52,354 nt of DNA from positions 1 to 52,354 of the forward strand of contig JAFGAR010000121.1 of NCBI GenBank assembly GCA_016933575.1, given 5' to 3'. Shown in pieces: positions 46,273 to 52,354 of this stretch. The DNA is from Candidatus Thorarchaeota archaeon. Lineage in GTDB: Archaea > Asgardarchaeota > Thorarchaeia > Thorarchaeales > Thorarchaeaceae. The notes beneath the pieces are model-generated. The model saw only the letters and a program-made list of their open reading frames with translations, made no database searches and was not told the origin of the DNA. The translations under genes and the position numbers were made by a program. Position 1 is the stretch's first letter; each line of letters opens with the position of its first letter.

Positions 46273-47242
46273 GGGACAGCTATTGTCGGTCGCTGAACTT
46301 GTCGATGGCATTTTGAACAAAAAGAGAAGATACTTGGCACGATTGATCTCACTCATTGAGGAAGAGGATTACGATGCGCAAGAGGTTCTCAGTCAGCTTT
46401 ATCGACATACAGGCAAAGCCCACGTGATTGGTGTGACAGGGCCTCCAGGCTCTGGCAAGAGCTCACTTGTCACAAAGTTGACCGCTGAATTTAGAAAGCG
46501 TTCTCATACCGTGGGCATCATCTGCGTTGATCCCTCTAGTCCTTTCACAGGAGGCGCTCTACTTGGGGACCGTATTCGAATGCAGGAACACTATCTTGAT
46601 GATGAGGTCTATGTTCGTAGCATGGGCACTCGTGGTCACCTAGGTGGCCTCTCTCGTGCGACCTCTGACGCTGTGACGGCAATCGACGCCTTTGGAAAGG
46701 ACATCATCTTCGTTGAGACCGTGGGAACTGGTCAGTCTGAGGTCGAGGTCATAGATATTGCTCATACCATTCTTGTGACTGATGTCCCTGGAAGTGGGGA
46801 CGACATTCAAGCCAGCAAGGCTGGAATCATGGAAATTGCTGACATCTTTGTTGTGAATAAGATGGATCTTCCCGGAGCTGACAAAAAGGTCACTGAAATT
46901 AATGCAATGCTGGACCTTGACCCACGAGAACGTGAATGGAGACCTCCAGTCCTTCTGACAAACTCTCGGACGGGGGATGGAATTCCTGAATTAGTCGAGA
47001 AGATTTTGGAGCATTATAAACACCTCACAGAAACTGGGTTATTGGAGAAGAAGGGGCTTCAACGCAGTCGTGATGAGCTTGACCAGCTCATGAAATACAA
47101 ATTGACTCAGGAGCTATCTCACAAACTTCAAGGTAGACCAGAGTATGAAGAAGCAATCAAACTGATTGCTAAACGTAAGAAGGACCCGTATTCAGTAGCT
47201 GAAGAGTTGATTGCAGAGTTCTTGTTTAGTGAAAGCAGGTGA
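46238..47242 (+). CDS. meaB: Methylmalonyl-CoA mutase-associated GTPase chaperone MeaB/ArgK
   Basis: [51 protein letters not shown]; true start probably just downstream of 46272. Confidence 0.95.
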   Translation: MFNTLGPMSSYEGQLLSVAELVDGILNKKRRYLARLISLIEEEDYDAQEVLSQLYRHTGKAHVIGVTGPPGSGKSSLVTKLTAEFRKRSHTVGIICVDPSSPFTGGALLGDRIRMQEHYLDDEVYVRSMGTRGHLGGLSRATSDAVTAIDAFGKDIIFVETVGTGQSEVEVIDIAHTILVTDVPGSGDDIQASKAGIMEIADIFVVNKMDLPGADKKVTEINAMLDLDPREREWRPPVLLTNSRTGDGIPELVEKILEHYKHLTETGLLEKKGLQRSRDELDQLMKYKLTQELSHKLQGRPEYEEAIKLIAKRKKDPYSVAEELIAEFLFSESR

Positions 47243-48918
47243 GCAGAAATATGGGTGATAAAAGAAGTCTCCCTGATGCATTCAAATATTGGGATTCAAA
47301 TACGGTAGCCAAGACAGTGGAACGGTTCCCAGAGAGGAGAACACATTTTCTCACAATCTCAGGATTACCACTGAACCGGCTCTATACTCCCTTGGATATT
47401 CCTGATATCGATTATGTATCCGACCTGGGTTTCCCGGGAGAGTATCCATTTACGCGAGGTGTCCAACCTACTGGTTACAGAGGACGGCTCTGGACTATGC
47501 GGCAGTATAGTGGATTTGCAACAGCTCGAGAATCAAACCAACGATTCCATTTTCTATTGGAACAAGGACAGACGGGATTATCTGTCGCATTTGACTTACC
47601 AACACAGATCGGATACGACTCAGACCATCCTCTCGCTCAGGGTGAGGTTGGGAAAGTTGGTGTGTCTATTAGCTCCTTAGCTGATATGGAAACGCTCTTT
47701 GATGGTATTCCCCTTGATAAGGTTTCAACATCGATGACAATCAATAGTCCAGCTGCTGTCTTACTCGCTATGTATATTGCAGTGGCAGAAAAGCAAGGTG
47801 TGACAATGGAGAATCTGAGAGGCACAGTGCAAAATGATCTGTTGAAAGAATATGTTGCACGAGGGACTTACATCTTCCCCCCAACACCATCAATGCGGAT
47901 CATCACTGATATCTTCAAATTCTGTAGCGCGCACATGCCTCTGTGGAACACCATCTCTATCTCTGGGTATCACATCCGTGAAGCTGGGTCCACAGCTGTC
48001 CAAGAAGTTGCTTTCACATTAGCGGATGGTATTGCCTATGTTCAAGCAGCAATTGATGCTGGCCTTGATGTTGATGACTTTGCATCCCGATTATCCTTCT
48101 TCTTTGGGTCTCATAGTGATTTTCTAGAAGAGATTGCCAAATTTAGAGCCGCAAGACGTCTTTGGGCAAGAATCATGCGTGAACGGTTTGGTGCAAAGAA
48201 TGATGATTCCTGCAAAATGAGATTCCATACCCAGACTGCTGGCTGTACACTTACAGCTCAACAACCCGACAATAACGTTGTACGCGTGACTCTGCAAGCA
48301 TTGCAGGCAGTCCTCGGAGGAACACAGTCTCTACATACCAACTCTCGTGATGAAGCACTCTCTCTCCCCACGGAGGAGTCCGTTCAAATTGCACTTCGCA
48401 CACAACAAATCATCGGCTATGAAAGTGGTGTGAGTGATACTATCGATCCTCTGGCTGGATCCTACTACATTGAGAGTTTGACTGATAAGATTGAGCAACG
48501 TGCCTCTGATTATATCAAGAAGATTGACGATATGGGTGGCGTACCAATAGCTATTGAGAAGGGATTCATTCAGAGAGAGATTCATGAGGCTGCTTACGAG
48601 TTTCAAAAGAGCGTGGATATGAGTGAACGAATTGTGGTTGGTGTCAACAAGTTCACAGTAGATGAGGAACAGAAGTATGATTATCTTCGAGTAAAACCTG
48701 AGGCTGAAAAAGAGCAAATTGAGAGTCTTCGGAAACTGAAGCAGCAGCGTGATGAGAAGGAAGTTCAAAAGACTCTGAATGTGTTACAGACTGGTGCTGA
48801 GGGTGATACAAACTTGATGCCATTGATTCTTGATGCAGTCAAGACATATGCCACTCTCGGAGAGATCTGTGATGTTCTACGAGGCGTGTTTGGAGAGTAC
48901 AAGGCAGCGGATCTTTGA
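47239..48918 (+). CDS. Methylmalonyl-CoA mutase large subunit
   Basis: WTMRQYSGF (Tyr), [14 protein letters not shown] (Arg), GYHIREAG; clustered with the small subunit, MeaB and epimerase. Confidence 0.95.
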   Translation: MSRNMGDKRSLPDAFKYWDSNTVAKTVERFPERRTHFLTISGLPLNRLYTPLDIPDIDYVSDLGFPGEYPFTRGVQPTGYRGRLWTMRQYSGFATARESNQRFHFLLEQGQTGLSVAFDLPTQIGYDSDHPLAQGEVGKVGVSISSLADMETLFDGIPLDKVSTSMTINSPAAVLLAMYIAVAEKQGVTMENLRGTVQNDLLKEYVARGTYIFPPTPSMRIITDIFKFCSAHMPLWNTISISGYHIREAGSTAVQEVAFTLADGIAYVQAAIDAGLDVDDFASRLSFFFGSHSDFLEEIAKFRAARRLWARIMRERFGAKNDDSCKMRFHTQTAGCTLTAQQPDNNVVRVTLQALQAVLGGTQSLHTNSRDEALSLPTEESVQIALRTQQIIGYESGVSDTIDPLAGSYYIESLTDKIEQRASDYIKKIDDMGGVPIAIEKGFIQREIHEAAYEFQKSVDMSERIVVGVNKFTVDEEQKYDYLRVKPEAEKEQIESLRKLKQQRDEKEVQKTLNVLQTGAEGDTNLMPLILDAVKTYATLGEICDVLRGVFGEYKAADL

Positions 48919-49338
48919 TTGGTGATGAATATGGCTATAGAAAAGATTGATCATATTGGTATTGCAGTGGATAGTATCGATACATGGATTGGTTACTATC
49001 GTGATGTACTTGGGATGGAATATGGAGGCAGTGAGGTGGTTGCTGAACAGAAGGTGCGAGTGGCCCTCCTTCAGATTGGCGAAAGTAGGATTGAGCTCCT
49101 TGAACCAACATCTGCAGATAGTCCAATAGCAGGATTCCTTGAGAAGCGCGGTGGTGGAATCCATCACATAGCCATCAAGGTCGATGACATTAATGAAGCT
49201 CTTGAACGTCATAAGGCGGCTGGCGCGCGTTTGATTGATACAGAGGTTCGAACTGGAGCTCACAACATGAAGATTGCATTTATCCATCCCAAGACATCTG
49301 GAGGGGTACTTCTGGAGCTCTGTCAGGCACCTCACTGA
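48919..49338 (+). CDS. mce: Methylmalonyl-CoA epimerase
   Basis: IDHIGIAV, IELLEP, GGIHHIA, FIHPK..GGVLLELCQ. Confidence 0.95.
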   Translation: MVMNMAIEKIDHIGIAVDSIDTWIGYYRDVLGMEYGGSEVVAEQKVRVALLQIGESRIELLEPTSADSPIAGFLEKRGGGIHHIAIKVDDINEALERHKAAGARLIDTEVRTGAHNMKIAFIHPKTSGGVLLELCQAPH

Positions 49339-49385
49339 ATTTGTCAACCTTTATCTGATTCTTTGTCTATAGTACCTATACGGAG

Positions 49386-49667
49386 GTGCGTAGATTGTCA
49401 GGGACCTACGAGTCTCGATACGAGCATTACCGATTAGCCAAAAGCCTTGAGGCAAATGGCCGTTATGATGAAGCTCTTGTTGCTTATGCAAAAGCAATCG
49501 AAGTAAGCAGTGACTATGCCCATGCATGGTTTTACAAGAGCAGACTTCACCAGAAGCTACATCAGTATAAAGAGGCAAAGTGCTGCGCAGAGAAAGCCTT
49601 GGAACTTGCTCCAAGCTGGGAGAAACATATCAAAGCGATTCTTAGTGACTGTGAGACCAAACTCTGA
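49386..49667 (+). CDS. Small TPR protein, paralog of 42991..43263
   Basis: ALVAYAKAIE...AHAWFYKS...AK.C..KALELAP.W. Confidence 0.8.
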   Translation: MRRLSGTYESRYEHYRLAKSLEANGRYDEALVAYAKAIEVSSDYAHAWFYKSRLHQKLHQYKEAKCCAEKALELAPSWEKHIKAILSDCETKL

Positions 49668-49677
49668 TTCATTCAAA

Positions 49678-50721
49678 TCACAAAGCTGTTAGAATTCCAC
49701 CTACAACATCGGCAACCCTATCTACATCTTCTCGGTTTACCATGCGATTGAGCACAAATCTAGCCCGTTCGCCATATCCACCATAAATGAGAATTTGATG
49801 TTTGGCTAGTTCCTCTGAAAGTCTCATTGTATCTATTGATAGATTCTCAAGTCCAAGGAAAATGATGTTAGTCTCCGGCGCTTCGATAATCAGATTTGGA
49901 ATATGCTCAAGCTTCTTGTATAATCGTTTAGCATTATCATGATCCTCTTTGAGTCTATCTACCATTTTCTCGAGGGCGACAATCATAGGTGCTGCAATTA
50001 TTCCCGCCTGTCTCATTCCACCACCAAGCTTCTTCCTCATCCGATGTGCATCATGAATGAACTCATCTGAACCTGCAATGATGGACCCTACAGGTGCCGA
50101 TAGTCCTTTGCTCAAACAAATCTGCACTGAATCAATATTCTTCACTAATTCCTTCGCTGGAATATTCAACGCAACAGCTGCATTGAACAGACGTGCTCCA
50201 TCACAGTGAACCTTAAGATCGTGTTCTTTTGCTACTGAAACAAGAGCCTGAACTTGCTCTGGTCTAATTATTGTACCACCTGCATAGTTATGCGTATTTT
50301 CAATCACTACCATTGCAGTTCTAGCCAGATGTGCATCATCTCTATTAATTACGGATTTCAAGGTCTTTGGCAGTATGTATCCTCTCACCCCTTTAACAGG
50401 CTTGGGAAATAGGCCGCCGAGTGATGCCATTGAACCAGCCTCAAATAGAAATGTGTGTGATTGTTCTTCAACTACTATCTCATCCCCTCGTGAAGTCTGA
50501 GACAGCAGGGAGATAACATTACCCTGAGTACCAGATGTCACTAGTAACGCGGCTTCCTTTCCTAGAATCTTTGCAGCCTTCTCCTGTAGTTCATTGACAA
50601 CACTGTCTTCTCCAATCACATCATCACCGAATCTTCCTGCCTTATGGGCAGTAACTATCGCTTCTATCATCTCATCTGTAGGTTGTGTGATCGTATCACT
50701 ACGCAGGTCTATCGTCTTCAT
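49678..50721 (-). CDS. ltaE: Low-specificity L-threonine aldolase (PLP)
   Basis: IDLRSDT.T.PT, SGTQGN, ENTHN, HCDGARLFNA, CLSKGL.APVGS, GGGMRQAG. Confidence 0.95.
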   Translation of the reverse strand: MKTIDLRSDTITQPTDEMIEAIVTAHKAGRFGDDVIGEDSVVNELQEKAAKILGKEAALLVTSGTQGNVISLLSQTSRGDEIVVEEQSHTFLFEAGSMASLGGLFPKPVKGVRGYILPKTLKSVINRDDAHLARTAMVVIENTHNYAGGTIIRPEQVQALVSVAKEHDLKVHCDGARLFNAAVALNIPAKELVKNIDSVQICLSKGLSAPVGSIIAGSDEFIHDAHRMRKKLGGGMRQAGIIAAPMIVALEKMVDRLKEDHDNAKRLYKKLEHIPNLIIEAPETNIIFLGLENLSIDTMRLSEELAKHQILIYGGYGERARFVLNRMVNREDVDRVADVVGGILTAL

Positions 50722-50840
50722 ACTTCTGGATGTAGCTGAACTCCCGATTTACTCTTCCGGTTTGTGCTCATTCAGGAATGCATAAAGGTGAGATACATGA
50801 GCGTTGCTGGCAATAGATTTCTTTTGGAGACCTAGTTCTG

Positions 50841-52133
50841 TTGACTGATACGCCAAAACTTGGATACATTGGCAAGATTCGTCTATTCAAACGGGATGCG
50901 CGGCTCTATATCGTCATCATGTCAACTAGTGCCTTTGCTAATGGTATAAACAGCGTTGTATTCAATCTCTATCTAGAAGGCGATGGTATTCACTCTGCGG
51001 ATTTCATTGGTTTCTTCCTCTCAATCTCGATGTTTGCTACAGCTGGTATATCGTTCATAGCAGGACTGGTCACAGATAGAAGTAGTAGGAAACAGATCAT
51101 TCTTCTAGCTAATCTTATCTCTTTCATCTGTGTTGCTATTCAATACTTGACACTTGATAGCCTTGCACTTGTTTCATCAGCTGTTCTCATCGGTCTCTCT
51201 GGTGCTTTCTCACAGGTCGCATGGTCTCCCTATATCACAGATCTGTCCACGGATGAGGAACGAGCTCATCTATTCGGATTCAGTCAAGGAATTGCACTTC
51301 TTGCAGTATTTGCTGGCAATCTATTCGGAGGATTTTTGCCAGGACTTTTCTCAAGTATTCTTGGTGTACTACCTGAAAGTATACCTGCCTATCGACTAAC
51401 ATTACTCTTTACACTAATTCCATCTCTTATCTCACTATTTCTGATCATCCTAATGAGCAGTGATACACCTACCTCTTCAACCACTCAACTTAGTATTAAG
51501 AATGTCACGAATTGGAGTTTTATTGGAAAGTACGCAACAACAGTAACAACTGTGGGTCTAGGCGCTGGAGTCATAGTGATGTTCTTCAATCTCTTCTTTA
51601 AATACCAATTCTCTGCGAGTTCAGAACTAATTGGTATAATTTTTGGAATCAATACGATTATACTCTCAAGCGGGAACTTCATTGCACCTTGGTTAGCCGA
51701 TCGCATTGGTAAAGTGAAGACTGTAGTATTTACAGAAGCACTATCAATACCATTTCTCCTGATGATTGGTCTTGCAGACAGTCTTCCTTTGGCCGTTACA
51801 GGTTATGTGGCTCGAAGTGTACTCATGAACATGTCCGGTCCAGTTTCAAACGCACTCTTCATGGAAGGTTTAACTAAGGAAGAACGTGCGACAGCAGTAG
51901 GAGTAGTTAGAACTGGTGACTCTCTAGTTCGGGGTATTGCTGCCAATATCGGTGGGTGGTTACTAGCGATGGGATTGTATCGCATACCCTACTTCCTCGT
52001 TGCTGGTCTCTATGTGCTAGCAATCATTTTGTTCTATACTTTCTTCAAGAACAAGGAACGAGAGATACAAATACGTAAGGAAGTGGAGTTAATCACTCCT
52101 AAGAAAGTTGAACATGCACCTGATATCACTTGA
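50841..52133 (+). CDS. MFS transporter
   Basis: ~12 TM helices; motif A-like GLVTDRSSRK and WLADRIGK. Confidence 0.92.
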   Translation: MTDTPKLGYIGKIRLFKRDARLYIVIMSTSAFANGINSVVFNLYLEGDGIHSADFIGFFLSISMFATAGISFIAGLVTDRSSRKQIILLANLISFICVAIQYLTLDSLALVSSAVLIGLSGAFSQVAWSPYITDLSTDEERAHLFGFSQGIALLAVFAGNLFGGFLPGLFSSILGVLPESIPAYRLTLLFTLIPSLISLFLIILMSSDTPTSSTTQLSIKNVTNWSFIGKYATTVTTVGLGAGVIVMFFNLFFKYQFSASSELIGIIFGINTIILSSGNFIAPWLADRIGKVKTVVFTEALSIPFLLMIGLADSLPLAVTGYVARSVLMNMSGPVSNALFMEGLTKEERATAVGVVRTGDSLVRGIAANIGGWLLAMGLYRIPYFLVAGLYVLAIILFYTFFKNKEREIQIRKEVELITPKKVEHAPDIT

Positions 52134-52160
52134 TGAAGAATTGTTTCTAATTGGTGTGAC

Positions 52161-52348
52161 AGGGTTGTCAACAGCTGCTGAAACCTTGGACAATGTTGGA
52201 CATCTCGTAGATGAGTCTTTGAGAGAACATAGTGGACCTTTTCTAGTCCAGTCCGGTGATTCAAGCATGAGGTCGAAACAACACAGCTCTGACCTCACAG
52301 AGTCCACCCAGTGCCGTTCCCTGGGGGTACAACACTCTGGTGTCCAAG
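52161..52348. repeat. Structured non-coding repeat, copy 2 (~188 nt), inverted relative to 25-213
   Basis: See copy 1; begins 27 nt after the MFS stop and runs to the window end. Confidence 0.9.
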
Positions 52349-52354
52349 ATCGTA

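Noticed and set aside
52034-52307. ORFs 52034..52264 and 52089..52307 as a transposase fragment
   Set aside because: No transposase motifs, and the frames are not preserved in the other repeat copy.
1-52354. Whole window as a linear replicon or composite transposon with terminal inverted repeats
   Set aside because: The two end copies are substantially diverged in the middle, the cargo is ordinary chromosomal metabolism, and no replication, capsid or transposase genes are visible.
1-52354. CRISPR array, tRNA or rRNA genes
   Set aside because: No regularly spaced direct repeats, cloverleaf/T-loop signatures or rRNA-like tracts were seen in the intergenic regions by eye; a tRNAscan/Infernal run would be definitive.

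Overview
A gene-dense (~55 CDS) archaeal chromosomal segment, most plausibly from an Asgard archaeon of the Thorarchaeia type. That call is inferred from several eukaryotic-signature proteins, circularly permuted family-5 solute-binding proteins, fwdDBA, and TTG/GTG starts with GGTGA/GGAGG ribosome-binding sites. Metabolic content: 2-oxoacid/acetoin dehydrogenase E1a/E1b/E2 with LplA; FwdDBA; two B12-dependent acyl-CoA mutase large subunits (one with isobutyryl-CoA mutase Phe/Gln residues, one with methylmalonyl-CoA mutase Tyr/Arg residues) plus small subunit, MeaB, epimerase and adenosyltransferase; an FAD oxidoreductase/HdrD-like pair; a GctAB-type CoA transferase; and threonine aldolase. 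Eukaryote-like content: a single-domain gelsolin, a longin-roadblock fusion, a longin plus tandem winged-helix protein resembling the GATOR1 subunit NPRL2, and a Rab-like GTPase with an altered G3 motif. The most striking non-coding signals are (i) two diverged copies of a ~189-nt structured element, one at each end of the window in inverted orientation, with conserved blocks around a same-length variable core, and (ii) a compact two-hairpin kissing-loop RNA upstream of lplA. One solute-binding-protein gene has an in-frame TGA where its tandem paralog has Trp. I recognised no rRNA, tRNA, CRISPR array or transposase. All assignments come from reading motifs by eye; no database searches were run.
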